64,000 bases of DNA, from contig CBDATR010000009.1 of the NCBI GenBank assembly GCA_965200155.1, positions 32,001 through 96,000 of the forward strand, given 5' to 3'. Shown here in pieces: positions 1 through 10,663 of this stretch (within the stretch, counting starts at the first letter, position 1; every line of letters starts with the position of its first letter). The notes under the pieces were generated by a model. That model made no database searches and was not told the DNA's origin. It saw only the letters and a program-made list of their open reading frames with translations. A program made the translations under genes and the position numbers. Source of the stretch: Nitrosopumilaceae archaeon. GTDB lineage: Archaea; Thermoproteota; Nitrososphaeria; Nitrososphaerales; Nitrosopumilaceae.

Positions 1-278
1 GGATGCAGGGAGCTGGAGGCAATCGCCATAGAGCAGTACAAGGAACTAAAACGTTTAGCGTGCGCAAAGGAACGGTTTGACCGCAAGCATAAATACTAAT
101 TTGTTGTAAAGCTCCCGGATGGCAAACTCTTACACTGACAAGTACACAAATCTCATGGGCGCATACTAGTCAGTATCAATGGCGAGCACCAGACGTTCAA
201 CCAGATACAGACTCGTGGATCAGGAATCTGGAGACAGTAATTTACATGCAGGCTCAAATTGAAATCAAGTAAAATATT

Positions 279-461
279 ATGAGAACCCGCATACCCCACC
301 ATCCTAGAACTCCATCCCGCATAGGACTAAAAAAGCCGCACAGGCAAATGCCACGAAAACTCCCAATCCAGCGCGGCCGTAAGAATGGGCACAAGGGCCA
401 ATCCCACAACAGAAAGCCGGACAAAATAGTGCGCAAGACACCTGACAAATGCTCAAAATGC
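279..461 (+). pseudogene. IS66-family transposase N-terminal fragment, truncated at a MITE
   Basis: Translation RGRKNGHKGQSHNRKPDKIVRKTPDKCSKC resembles the IS66 TnpC GGQxGHxG..PD..P..CxxC region and stops at the MITE at 462. Confidence 0.5.
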
Positions 462-560
462 GTATGAGTTCACGTCTTCCGGAATCTTGTGCACAAAAGA
501 ACCGGTTCTTTAACTGTCGCGATCAGTTGTGCGTAAATTTAGACACAGGTGAACTCATAC
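462..560 (+). mobile_element. MITE family 1, variant A (99 bp), no TSD
   Basis: 12-bp TIR GTATGAGTTCAC/GTGAACTCATAC; flanks CAAAATGC and TAGGAGGG differ. Confidence 0.9.
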
Positions 561-1010
561 TAGGAGGGGCGTTTGTGGGCGATCTTAAATATATGTGGCC
601 ATACTGTATCATCATTCGTCATCTGTCTGTTCCCGGCTTTTTGTAGTACAGCCTGTTCCTGGACACCCCGCAGATCTCCAGTGCATGAACTACCCTGTGA
701 TGTCCTTGATCTCCTCTAAGACCTTCAGGTTGTTCCCCCCAATCATTGTTTTTTTAAATGCGTTATTAGCAAGCGTTAGCTCACCTACTGAGATTATCGT
801 TATCTTGCATCACCTTTTTCGTCTCAGAGTTTTGGGATCTTGCATTCCTGTCCAATCCCTCAGAACCGGTCTTTAGTAATCTCTTCCTCCACGTGTGTGC
901 GCGGTGATATGTTGTATCGCCTGCAGATCTCTGCGGGGACTGCTGCCGAGTATGATGACCTTCTCTTCCCGACTTCATTGGTGTTTTTTGTAAACATACT
1001 CCCCCTCTTG
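561..1010 (-). pseudogene. IS3-family transposase remnant (orfA end/orfB start)
   Basis: Frameshifted fragments VGELTLANNAFKK (orfA C-terminus-like) and VVHALEICGVSRNRLYY (orfB start-like). Boundaries approximate. Confidence 0.45.
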
Positions 1011-1102
1011 AATCTAAAAGTGTGAGTTACGATCTATTCTCAATGCCATGGGGTCCCGCCAAAGTTTGCGCAAAACACGTAATGCTTCTAGAATCTACAC
1101 TA

Positions 1103-2965
1103 TCAATCCTGCATGACAAGCCGAATCTCGTTTAAGGCCGATGTGTCCTCTATGGTAGTTATGTCTCCGGGATCATCGCCCGCCATAATTCTCTTTAGGA
1201 GTCTCCGCATTATTTTGCCACTGCGAGTCTTTGGAAGGGACCTGACTATGTGTATGGTATCCGGACGCGCTATGGGCCCTATTTGGGCAGATACCATGTG
1301 ACGCAGACTCTCCTTTATGTCTGCATTATCTGAGCCCTCCCGCAGTACGGCAAATACCACTATGCGCTCACCCTTGACCTCGTCCGGGGCTCCCACCACA
1401 GCAGCTTCGGCTACACCATCGTGGGACACCACGCAACTCTCCAGCTCCGCTGTCCCTATGCGGTGTCCTGCCACTTTTAGTATATCATCCGCGCGTCCCA
1501 GTAGCCACACATATCCGTCCGAGTCAATACGGGCATAATCGCCGGGATAATAACAACCCTCAAACCGGGACCAATACGTATCATAATAGCGGTCATCATC
1601 GCCCCACAGGGTGAGCATGATTCCCGGCCACGCATTACGTATCACAAGATAGCCTCGTGTCCCGGCAGGAACCTCATTTCCGTCACTATCCAGAACCGCC
1701 ATATCCAGACCGGGTATGGGGTATGTCCCGGAGCCGGGCTTTGGCTGTACAGTCTCAATTCCAGGCAGTGCAGATATTAGCATCCCGCCGGTCTCGGTCT
1801 GCCACCATGTATCTATTATAGGGCACCGGCCGCCACCCACTACATCATAATACCATTGCCAGACCTGCGGGTTTATGGGCTCGCCGACGCTCCCCAAGAG
1901 TCGCAGTGATGACATGTCATGGGATTTTGGCATTTCATCACCGTGCTTGATTAGCATTCGCAGTGCAGTCGGTGTAGTATACAATATGGTAGCCTTGTAC
2001 TGCTCTATTATTCTCCACATGCGGGAGGGATCAGGATAGTCGGGCGCACCCTCGTACATTATCTGGGTAGCGCCACATAACAGCGGCGCGTATGCCACAT
2101 AACTGTGACCAGTAACCCACCCTATATCAGCCGTGCAAAAGTACACATCAGAGTCCCGTATGTCAAATGCCCACCGGAACGTAGAGTGAATGTGTACCAT
2201 GTAACCGCCGGTACCGTGCAAAACTCCCTTGGGGCGGCCGGTTGTACCTGATGTATATAATACAAAGAGTGGATCAGTCGACCCCATATGTTCCGGCTCA
2301 CACTGCCCCCCTGACTTTAGTATATCATCCCAGGATACATAAGAATCACAAGAGTCCCGCTCACGATTTATCATTATTACATGCTCGATACCCGGCGTCT
2401 CCGGCAGGGTCTGCTCCACCACACCCGCCAAGTCCACCACTCCACCCCGGCGATACCCGGCATCGGCGGTAATCAGTACCCTGGAGCGGGAGTCGTTTAT
2501 CCTCTCGGCCAGCGAGGTTGCACTAAACCCGGAAAAGACCACCGTATGAATGGCTCCTATTCGTGCGCATGCAAGCATGGATATTACAGCTTCCGGTATC
2601 ATGGGCAGGTATATGGTTACGCGGTCCCCCTTTTTCACGCCCAGGGATTTTAACCCGTTGGCCACCCTCTGCACCTGCTGGTATATCTCACCATACGTTA
2701 CGGCTCTTTGTGTACCATCCTCACCCTCCCACAGTATGGCAGTCTTTTGGGGATTATCCTGGTGCACATCCAGTGCATTATACGATATGTTGGTGGTGCC
2801 CCCTGCAAACCACCGGGCAAAGGGCCGGTTCCAGTCCAGGACCGAATCCCACTTGCCGAACCACTCTAGCCGCTCAGCCTCTCGCTCCCAGAATGCCAGA
2901 TTGTTCCGGCCAGCCTCCCGGCGATACCACTCATCATGGTGCCCAAGACCGGCCACATGTTCCAT
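1103..2965 (-). CDS. acs: Acetyl-CoA synthetase (acetate--CoA ligase)
   Basis: YTSGTTGRPKG AMP-binding motif, DTWWQTETGG, PKTRSGKIMRR. Start placed at ATG 2965, downstream of a TTTATAA box. Confidence 0.95.
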   Translation of the reverse strand: MEHVAGLGHHDEWYRREAGRNNLAFWEREAERLEWFGKWDSVLDWNRPFARWFAGGTTNISYNALDVHQDNPQKTAILWEGEDGTQRAVTYGEIYQQVQRVANGLKSLGVKKGDRVTIYLPMIPEAVISMLACARIGAIHTVVFSGFSATSLAERINDSRSRVLITADAGYRRGGVVDLAGVVEQTLPETPGIEHVIMINRERDSCDSYVSWDDILKSGGQCEPEHMGSTDPLFVLYTSGTTGRPKGVLHGTGGYMVHIHSTFRWAFDIRDSDVYFCTADIGWVTGHSYVAYAPLLCGATQIMYEGAPDYPDPSRMWRIIEQYKATILYTTPTALRMLIKHGDEMPKSHDMSSLRLLGSVGEPINPQVWQWYYDVVGGGRCPIIDTWWQTETGGMLISALPGIETVQPKPGSGTYPIPGLDMAVLDSDGNEVPAGTRGYLVIRNAWPGIMLTLWGDDDRYYDTYWSRFEGCYYPGDYARIDSDGYVWLLGRADDILKVAGHRIGTAELESCVVSHDGVAEAAVVGAPDEVKGERIVVFAVLREGSDNADIKESLRHMVSAQIGPIARPDTIHIVRSLPKTRSGKIMRRLLKRIMAGDDPGDITTIEDTSALNEIRLVMQD

Positions 2966-3021
2966 TGAACGGAAAATATGATGCCCCATTATAAATGGGG
3001 GGTTAAAAATATTCAAAAAAT

Positions 3022-3774
3022 CTACTGAGCACTCATCCTGCTTAGCCAGTCCATCTTGGGCTCGCCTGTGGGTGGCTCCGGTATGGGATAGCTGGCCCTG
3101 GGTGGCGCATCAACTACAGGAGCTGTGGGAGCTTCTGGCGGCAGTGTGGCTGTTTCTTTATCGGACCTGTTCATCTCGTCGGCCAGATCCTGCAGACGTT
3201 TCTGCATATCCTCGATTTCTGATATTTCAAACTCTATATGCTCCAGCATGGTATTTGTGCCTGCCTTTGCCTCCTTGTAACTAGACTCGTCTATCTCTTC
3301 ACTACGATGCTGTATGGTAGCCTCGAACAGGAGGGACTTGACTGTCTTTGCATGTCTCTTTAGTTCTGATAACCGGTTCTCCATGTTCTCTTTTATGGTG
3401 TCCTCTATCTCATTGACCGATGCCAGCTTCTCCTCGTATCCCGCCTTTATGAATTCACCATCACTCTGTAGGTTACTGTTCTCTGCCAGTATTTTTTTCA
3501 GTGCCTTGAGGCGTCGTGCAATAATACCCTTCTCCCGCAATATCTTTTGGGAATCCAGTCTCCAGCGTGGGAGGTATATTATGGTATCATCCTGTATTAG
3601 TAATTGATCAAACTTTACCATCATGAACCCATGGAATCCGCAATCTATGCCCACTGCGGTTATGGTACCCTCAATGTCTGTCTCGGTGCCTATGGCTTTA
3701 CCCACCAGTGCACCATACATGTCCTGAATGCGCTTGCCCATTATGGGAAGTTCTCTGTCTTTCATTACATCCAT
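3022..3774 (-). CDS. cdvA: Cell division protein CdvA-like
   Basis: N-terminal GKxxxDMYG..GIDCG domain, long coiled coil, Pro-rich tail ending PEPP..DWLSRMSAQ, as in thaumarchaeal CdvA. Confidence 0.8.
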   Translation of the reverse strand: MDVMKDRELPIMGKRIQDMYGALVGKAIGTETDIEGTITAVGIDCGFHGFMMVKFDQLLIQDDTIIYLPRWRLDSQKILREKGIIARRLKALKKILAENSNLQSDGEFIKAGYEEKLASVNEIEDTIKENMENRLSELKRHAKTVKSLLFEATIQHRSEEIDESSYKEAKAGTNTMLEHIEFEISEIEDMQKRLQDLADEMNRSDKETATLPPEAPTAPVVDAPPRASYPIPEPPTGEPKMDWLSRMSAQ

Positions 3775-4157
3775 GTATTAGTATAGTATAACTAGTAATG
3801 AGTCAATTATTTTTTGCAACAGAATGGTTTTTTTGAACTAGTGTGACATTGCATAATTTGGTGTATGACCATTCTGGAAGATTGGGTAAATGGCCGCAAC
3901 CACAACTGAAGTGATACGCATACTGTGGTTGTGTGTGGGAAAAATGCCGTGCAATACTGTAATTATTCAAGTTGCCCCGCAGAATGGTCGCGCCATATAC
4001 TGATAGGCAAAGATACAGATTCAGGCTCCATGTGCGTATGACCGGTGGGGTAACCGCAAGATTGTATATATTGTCGCGTAGCCGGGCATTTTTGTCCTCC
4101 AGTCATGAGTTGGCGCGAAAGTGGTAATCAAAAATTTAAATTTTACACGGGTAGTAC

Positions 4158-4448
4158 GTGTCCATGTTACAAAAGATGGAACTGGCCCAAATACTGCGGT
4201 TTGTGTCAAAGCGCTGGAGTGATATCGCAGATGATCCGCAGAATCGCGTAATGCAGTCTCTTCCGGAAGCATTCTGGATGAATTCGGTGGGGGGCAAGGC
4301 AGGAAAAGGGCGCTGGATAACCATGCTAATGTATACCGAGAGCGAGGAAGATGCACAGGCATTCAAGGACGTGTTACTTAGGTGGCAATCCAAGGGTTCC
4401 CAGAAGCAGTCTCATCCTGATCTCATTCAGATAGGAAGAAAAGATTAA
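4158..4448 (+). CDS. Hypothetical protein
   Basis: 96-aa ORF with AT-rich upstream TTTAAA; no motif recognised. Confidence 0.45.
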   Translation: MSMLQKMELAQILRFVSKRWSDIADDPQNRVMQSLPEAFWMNSVGGKAGKGRWITMLMYTESEEDAQAFKDVLLRWQSKGSQKQSHPDLIQIGRKD

Positions 4449-4475
4449 TCACTTATCCGGCTGTGTGTTTTTTGA

Positions 4476-4880
4476 TCATATCTTGCCCCGGCCGCCACAG
4501 GCCTGACAAAATTTGGTATCCTGTACGTTTATGAATTTCCATACCTTGCGGGCCTGTACTATGACTCCCAGGCCGTCGCATTCCCGGCATTTGCTCTTGT
4601 GCTTTTGTCCTGACTGTCGCCGGGCCTGTTTTTTGGCTGCACGACCCTGTTTGCGGGGATCTTTTCTTGTGTACTTGGCAGACTGCACCTTGATGGTTCC
4701 GCCTTGGGTGGGATCATCCAGTATCTGCTGGTATGCATCCAGTATGTTCTGTAGCATGCGTCCGGCATCTGGCGCGTCGTTGCGGTCCGGGTGATATTCC
4801 AATACCAGCGCCTTGTATCGCTGGCGTATCTGATCGTGGGATGAACCGGGCTTTATGCCCAGGGTGTCATAGGGATCCAT
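4476..4880 (-). CDS. Small DnaJ-domain protein with CxxCxGxG zinc-finger motifs
   Basis: MDPYDTLG...YHPDRN J-domain; CRECDGLG and CQACGGRG. Confidence 0.85.
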   Translation of the reverse strand: MDPYDTLGIKPGSSHDQIRQRYKALVLEYHPDRNDAPDAGRMLQNILDAYQQILDDPTQGGTIKVQSAKYTRKDPRKQGRAAKKQARRQSGQKHKSKCRECDGLGVIVQARKVWKFINVQDTKFCQACGGRGKI

Positions 4881-5066
4881 ACGGGTAGTGGTTCTGTTGT
4901 GTATTAACAAGTTTACCCTGTTGGTGTTTGTGTCCACTATCAAGTCTGAAATTGCATGTGACAAATGCCTAGAGACTTGCGGCAGTTATCATTAGTTTCC
5001 CGCGTCCAAATTTGTTCCAATATTATGCGACACTGATTTGGGGACTCGGAATACGGGGCTAAAATG

Positions 5067-6224
5067 TCATTTATCGTCTATGCGAACCCACTGGCCGTCG
5101 TCTGTCTGCCAGATTTCATACTCGGCTCTTGCCAGGTCACCATACTCCGTTAGTGTGAGATCTCCAGAAGTACCCAGCGTGTGTGCCGCCACGTGTGGTA
5201 TGGCAGGGGTCAGTACGAGGGGATCAACACTCTGGGTCTGTAGTATGGCAAGGCCCAAAAGCCATATGGAGTCATATGCAGCATAGCCGTACGTACTGAT
5301 AGTTGCATTATACATTTCAGTGAACCGGGAATCAAGAGAGTCCTTTAGCCTGTTGTCGGCCGTAAGGATTAATCTGGTGGCAGTAAACTGGGTATCCTGG
5401 GCAAACTCTATGGCTGCCGGGTCCTCAAAGAAGTATGACTTTATGGACTGTGTACTGGTGGAAAACCACCTTACGTTATCCACGTTCTCGTAATTGTCCA
5501 TGGCCTGCACTAGTAATAGGAACTCGTCAGTCCCAATGTATAGCACGCCTACCCTGTCTGCACCGTACTCGTTTACAGTTCTAGCTATGATGTCATCTAG
5601 CAGGGCAGCTTCCACCGAAAAGTCCGCCGCGTCCGGGTTATACCGAAATCCTGTCACTATTGTACCGTTGTAAATCTCACTTACGGCCGCGATTAACCCA
5701 TCGCCCCAAGTATCGCCCCGGATTACCGTTACCAGGACATCTATTCCTGCATCATCTAACATTGCTATGATTGGCGGGGACTGGTTTCCGTCGTTCGGTA
5801 CCAGCCGGAATACGGAATCGTCTATTGCAAGGTGCTCGGCCGTGGACGCGTGTGATACTATCAACATGTCATTGCGATCTATATAGCTGGCGGCAAGATT
5901 GATGTGTGCGCTGAATGCCACGCCGACGATTTTATCAATCCCAGCACTCCTGAACGCCTGTATCTTGTCCATGGCCACTACACTGCGGGACTCTGCATCT
6001 TCCACATCAAGGGAGATTTGCCAATGGGCGCCAATACTATTCAGGTACTCGTTAAAGTCTTCCACGGCAATTGCGGCTGTTCGGGAACCCTCATCACCCT
6101 CGGCCCAGTTCTTATCGAATATGCCCCCTATCATTACCTCGTCGGGTATCGCCGCCAGTGCAAGACCCGCAGATGATAACAGAACTATTGTAACTAAGGA
6201 TATGGCAGTGTATACATGATTCAA
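5067..6224 (-). CDS. ABC transporter substrate-binding protein (branched-chain amino acid/LivJ-like)
   Basis: Signal peptide, DDSVFRLVPND, YAAYDSIWL, GTSGDLTLTEYGD; paralogous to 16114-17253. Confidence 0.85.
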   Translation of the reverse strand: MNHVYTAISLVTIVLLSSAGLALAAIPDEVMIGGIFDKNWAEGDEGSRTAAIAVEDFNEYLNSIGAHWQISLDVEDAESRSVVAMDKIQAFRSAGIDKIVGVAFSAHINLAASYIDRNDMLIVSHASTAEHLAIDDSVFRLVPNDGNQSPPIIAMLDDAGIDVLVTVIRGDTWGDGLIAAVSEIYNGTIVTGFRYNPDAADFSVEAALLDDIIARTVNEYGADRVGVLYIGTDEFLLLVQAMDNYENVDNVRWFSTSTQSIKSYFFEDPAAIEFAQDTQFTATRLILTADNRLKDSLDSRFTEMYNATISTYGYAAYDSIWLLGLAILQTQSVDPLVLTPAIPHVAAHTLGTSGDLTLTEYGDLARAEYEIWQTDDGQWVRIDDK

Positions 6225-6274
6225 TAATCGTGACCGATCTCTATACTATTTATATCTTGATGGAGGGTGTAGTT

Positions 6275-6408
6275 GTAACCGTTTAGGTCACCCCCGGGCA
6301 GCTGTTCAAAACACACCACCAACATGTCCGTTCTTGCTTTTTCTATCTTGCATATGCCCACGGATTTACCGTCTAAGTGTTGATCTTTAACGCGACCTAA
6401 ACGATTAC
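6275..6408 (+). mobile_element. MITE family 2, copy 1
   Basis: TIR GTAACCGTTTAGGTC/GACCTAAACGATTAC; core CATGTCCGTT..GGATTTACCGTCT shared with 14279-14386; no TSD seen. Confidence 0.75.
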
Positions 6409-6519
6409 AATTGATTTGCACGTTTAATTTTTATTGTTGTATGTATTACACTTATGTATACACATGCTGATTAACGAATACTCGTAACCAGATTATATTG
6501 GAGAAATCATACATTGATG

Positions 6520-6635
6520 GTGTGAGTTCACCTGTGTCTAAATGGAACGGGTCATTCTATAACTGATCGCGACAGTTAAAGAACCGGTTCTTTTGTGCAC
6601 AAGATTGGAACCGGTTCCAAGACGTGAACTCATAC
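6520..6635 (-). mobile_element. MITE family 1, divergent variant D (116 bp), no TSD
   Basis: TIRs GTGTGAGTTCAC/GTGAACTCATAC; internal substitutions, including an extra TTGGAACCGGTTCCAA palindrome. Confidence 0.85.
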
Positions 6636-7123
6636 CACGACTCTGCCACTAGGCTTTCTAAAGCCGGATGAGGCATACCTCTGTATGTCAGATGTGTTAG
6701 GCTATCCCGGTTATGTGGAGATAGGGTATAGCGATACTGTACTGTTTGGCAGCCAGATTCACTATATAATTGGATTTGTAATTAATAGTACTGTATATTC
6801 TGTATCATACCATACAATATCAGAGAGTCATAATGATAATCAGTCAGATATGGCACGAGTGTGCTGTGACCGGTGAGACTCTTACTGAAGTCTATGACTT
6901 ACTGGCTCCCCGGAATAAATGTGGCGGATAAGTCACGCTTCATACTGTATTATGAACCAAAGGTGTATGCCTATGCATTCAGTATGGATAATGGGAGATT
7001 TCCGGCAAATAATAGATGAAGTGAAGGAATCATGGAGCCGATGACTGTCATGAACCAAGATCCCAATGAAGCAAAATGTTATGACGGGAATTTTGGTGGA
7101 GATGCCGGATTTGGTAATTCGTG

Positions 7124-7222
7124 GTATGAGTTCACGTCTTCCGGAATCTTGTGCACAAAAGAACCGGTTCTTTAACTGTCGCGATCAGTTGTGCGTAAAT
7201 TTAGACACAGGTGAACTCATAC
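7124..7222 (+). mobile_element. MITE family 1, variant A
   Basis: TIRs; TSD AATTCGTG/AATTCATG (1 mismatch). Confidence 0.92.
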
Positions 7223-7939
7223 AATTCATGAGCTACTGGCATGATCTGATTTTCGCATGGCTGTGTAGGCCATTCTTGGGATATAGTTTCCCGGCATATC
7301 CTATATGTGCGTAACAAAGTGATCGGTGGAGTGTTGCATTGAGATACAGTCCAGCGATAAATTACTGATGTAATTCCCGCTCTCACCCGTGTCATGTTTG
7401 TCAAAATACAGCCCACATATTACAGCGGGTTCCAAAAGTCCATGACAAGTCTGGAATTATGGAGATTATACATATTGGTCAGAGTATGCAAGATGTGGTG
7501 GATTTTGTGCGTGATCGTTTTGAGCTTTGTTGTCTTAGGCCTATGTACAGCAAATGTATGCCCGGAGACTTGCGGTAGCCGCCATATGTGGATTCCAGTA
7601 TTGTCCAATCCTGTGCACGAATTACTGTTACCCGCATGGATAAACATGAATGATTCCCGAACACTTACCGCGTATCTTCTGCCAGGGCAACAGAATATGC
7701 CAAAATTATTCACATCACAATATGCCTAAAAACCATCCAGCAGACCGGATACAAGCACCTTATGACACAGCAAAATGGCGTCACACCCGCAGGGCTCCTC
7801 AAAAGGATACTAGGGAACGGGAGCCAAACCCGCCCCTTCCATACTGGTGGCCAATCTGGAATATTATGAGAGTGAGATTACCATTAGTTATAGCTAAATT
7901 TCGCAGGCATTTTATATGGACTCCTAAATCTTGTGAGTC

Positions 7940-8710
7940 ATGGCAAAGTTGGAGATCAAAGACCTGCATGTACGGCGAGAGGGCCAGGACATACTCAAGG
8001 GCGTTAATTTGAGTACGGGTCCCGGCGAGGTTCATGCAGTCATGGGTCCCAACGGTTCCGGCAAGTCAACCTTGGCATATACCCTTCTGGCACACCCCAA
8101 GTACGAGGTCATATCCGGCGACATACTGCTGGACGGCGAGAGCATACTGGAGTTAAAGGCAGATGAGCGTGCCCGCAAGGGTCTGTTCTTGGGATTCCAG
8201 TACCCAACGGAGGTATCCGGCGTCGGCTACTCACACTTTCTCCGTACCGCATACAACTCCCTCAGCAAGGCCATGCAGGGAGAGGACAGGGAAGTATTCA
8301 TCACTGTACGGGAATTCCAAAAGTACCTAAAGAGTAACCTGGAACAGGTAGGATTAGCAGACAAGTTCCTGAGCAGGTACCTCAATGAGGGATTCTCCGG
8401 CGGGGAGAAAAAGCGCTCCGAGGTATTGCAAATGGCAGTACTAAAACCCAAGATATCCATACTGGACGAGCCGGACTCTGGACTGGACATTGATGCGGTT
8501 AAGTCCGTAGCTCAGGCCATTAGCAACGTATCCACCGAGGATGCTACTGTTCTTGTCATTACCCACTATGCCCGCATACTGAAATATCTCAAGAAACTGG
8601 ATCACGTTCACGTCTTTGCTCAGGGCAAGATACTCCGTAGCGGGGATGCCTCCTTGGCAGAGGAGCTGGAGCGACGGGGCTACGAGTGGATTCAGGAAAG
8701 CGCGCAGTAA
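7940..8710 (+). CDS. sufC: Fe-S cluster assembly ATPase SufC
   Basis: GPNGSGKST Walker A, FQYPTEV, LNEGFSGGEKKR, LDEPDSGLDID. Confidence 0.95.
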   Translation: MAKLEIKDLHVRREGQDILKGVNLSTGPGEVHAVMGPNGSGKSTLAYTLLAHPKYEVISGDILLDGESILELKADERARKGLFLGFQYPTEVSGVGYSHFLRTAYNSLSKAMQGEDREVFITVREFQKYLKSNLEQVGLADKFLSRYLNEGFSGGEKKRSEVLQMAVLKPKISILDEPDSGLDIDAVKSVAQAISNVSTEDATVLVITHYARILKYLKKLDHVHVFAQGKILRSGDASLAEELERRGYEWIQESAQ

Positions 8711-8740
8711 TATAACTATTAACCATTATCATAATTCTTA

Positions 8741-9358
8741 ATGGATCCGCTCTACGACATTATCGAGTACTCATACGCGGGAATAATGCTAGTACTAGTA
8801 GCCCTGAATGCGGCCCCCCTTTTGGTGCCGCCCACATGGATAGTACTGGCATCATTTTACGCGGTGGATTCATCCCTGAGTCCGCTGTGGCTGTCCATAG
8901 TGGGTGCAACAGGGGCCACCATTGGCAGGTTCATACTCATGAAGTATAGCGGCATATTCCGCAGGTTCGTGGGAACCCAGAGGCGGGAGGGTCTGGATAC
9001 AGTGGGGAGTCTTCTTGGGAAAAATCGTTACAATTACGCGCTTGCATCCTTTCTCTTTGCTGCCACCCCACTGCCCAGCAATATGCTGTTTGTGGCATAT
9101 GGATTGATGCGGGCCAAGAATTTTGGACTGTTGGTCGGGTTCTGGTCCGGCCGTGTCATATCATATTATATCATGATATCCATTAGTAATGTAGTACTTG
9201 TTCCATTTCTACAGTTATTCGAGGAGAGGTACGTGGGCATTCTTGTGGCAGACGTATTGGGCGTGGGAACGGTAATACTCTTTGCATGTATTGACTGGGG
9301 TGTACTAGTAAGGCAGCGCCGTCTGCGGTTCATGCGGCCCCGTATATGGCGACTATAA
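8741..9358 (+). CDS. Membrane protein (VTT/DedA-like)
   Basis: Multiple hydrophobic segments; PPTW, GATGATIG, FAATPLPS motifs. Confidence 0.75.
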   Translation: MDPLYDIIEYSYAGIMLVLVALNAAPLLVPPTWIVLASFYAVDSSLSPLWLSIVGATGATIGRFILMKYSGIFRRFVGTQRREGLDTVGSLLGKNRYNYALASFLFAATPLPSNMLFVAYGLMRAKNFGLLVGFWSGRVISYYIMISISNVVLVPFLQLFEERYVGILVADVLGVGTVILFACIDWGVLVRQRRLRFMRPRIWRL

Positions 9359-10244
9359 CAGGAATCACAAAGCCCATTACCAAAAGGGTACCCGATATTC
9401 TGGAATACAGTAATGTTCTATGCATGTAGAATAATAATCTGTCATTGACAGAATGGTATATGGCCAGTCCCCGGCCACCCTGAACTACAAGGGGTAGCGC
9501 CATGAGTGACATGATACAGTATGCAGGGAAGAAACCACCCAGTACCCCGATACACACCACTACAAAGAAGCCTGCGGGGAACAGCCAGTACAATCGGGCT
9601 GCAGATTCTGGCCCATACCGGACTATAATGCCCCCTCGTCCGCCAGCCTTGTCCGCCTTGTAGTCGGGGAATGATGCCACAAATAATACCAGTGATGATA
9701 GAATACCCGCGGCCATTCCCGCCAGTATGGCACTCTCTGTAATTGTGCCTGCCTGTGTGTAGTAGGTACCCAAAACAATCATGATTCCCTTGATGGCCAC
9801 CATAATCTCTCCCAAGCCCCAGTCCACTATCTTTGTGGAGTAGAAATAGATTGACACTACGGCAAATCCCAGCAGTATACCCACAACAATCCCGTGAGTC
9901 ACGATATAGTATGCCCCTATGGCGCTGCCGGTAATCAGGCATATTACACCGGCCTTGTAGACCGATTCCGGGCGTAGCAGGCCCTCGGGCAATACGCCGG
10001 TGCCGCCGCTCATACCTGTGCGATCAGTGTTATCATCTATTCCGCGCTTGTAGTCCCGGTAGTCATTCAGCAAGTCCACGCTTGCGTGTAGCATTACGAC
10101 ACCGCAAGCCACAAGGAACATGTCCGGTATGTTGAGTGCAGAATTCAGGTATGCCGCGACCGCACCACCCAAAGTCACGCTTATGACCGATGATAGCAGG
10201 AATCGTATACGTACAGCTCTTAGCCATATTCTAACCGATGCCAA
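9330..10244 (-). CDS. UbiA-family prenyltransferase (MenA-like)
   Basis: WLRAVR N-terminus, NDYRDYKRGID and PDYKADKAGG aspartate motifs. Start placed at TTG 10244. Confidence 0.88.
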   Translation of the reverse strand: MASVRIWLRAVRIRFLLSSVISVTLGGAVAAYLNSALNIPDMFLVACGVVMLHASVDLLNDYRDYKRGIDDNTDRTGMSGGTGVLPEGLLRPESVYKAGVICLITGSAIGAYYIVTHGIVVGILLGFAVVSIYFYSTKIVDWGLGEIMVAIKGIMIVLGTYYTQAGTITESAILAGMAAGILSSLVLFVASFPDYKADKAGGRGGIIVRYGPESAARLYWLFPAGFFVVVCIGVLGGFFPAYCIMSLMALPLVVQGGRGLAIYHSVNDRLLFYMHRTLLYSRISGTLLVMGFVIPVIVAIYGAA

Positions 10245-10562
10245 GTACGTACTATAGTGGCGTGGTTGGGACTCATATCTTTTTGTGATGTAGGATACTA
10301 TAGGTCTAGTAGAATGTGTCTTCTTTCGTAATGGAATTGTTCTTGCAGATGGTCTGGTATAGTTTCGGCGCCTAGTCGGTGATGTTGTCCTTCGTGGAAT
10401 TACCACCTCCCGTTCTTGTACAAACATCTGGAATGCCTGCCCATGATGTACGACCCCCAGATACGGCATTATTTCCGTTATGAAGACCGAGAACTCGCCC
10501 CTTATTGTCCTGTACTATTATTGCCAGGCTCTCGACTGCTGATCGTAAGGACCTCAGTGTTT

Positions 10563-10663
10563 GTATGAGTTCACGTCTTCCGGAATCTTGTGCACAAATC
10601 ACATTAACTAGAACAACCTGTTCCATCAGTTGTGCGTAAATTTAGACACAGGTGAACTCATAC
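10563..10663 (+). mobile_element. MITE family 1, variant B (101 bp), no TSD
   Basis: TIRs; truncates the adjacent IS481-like copy. Confidence 0.9.
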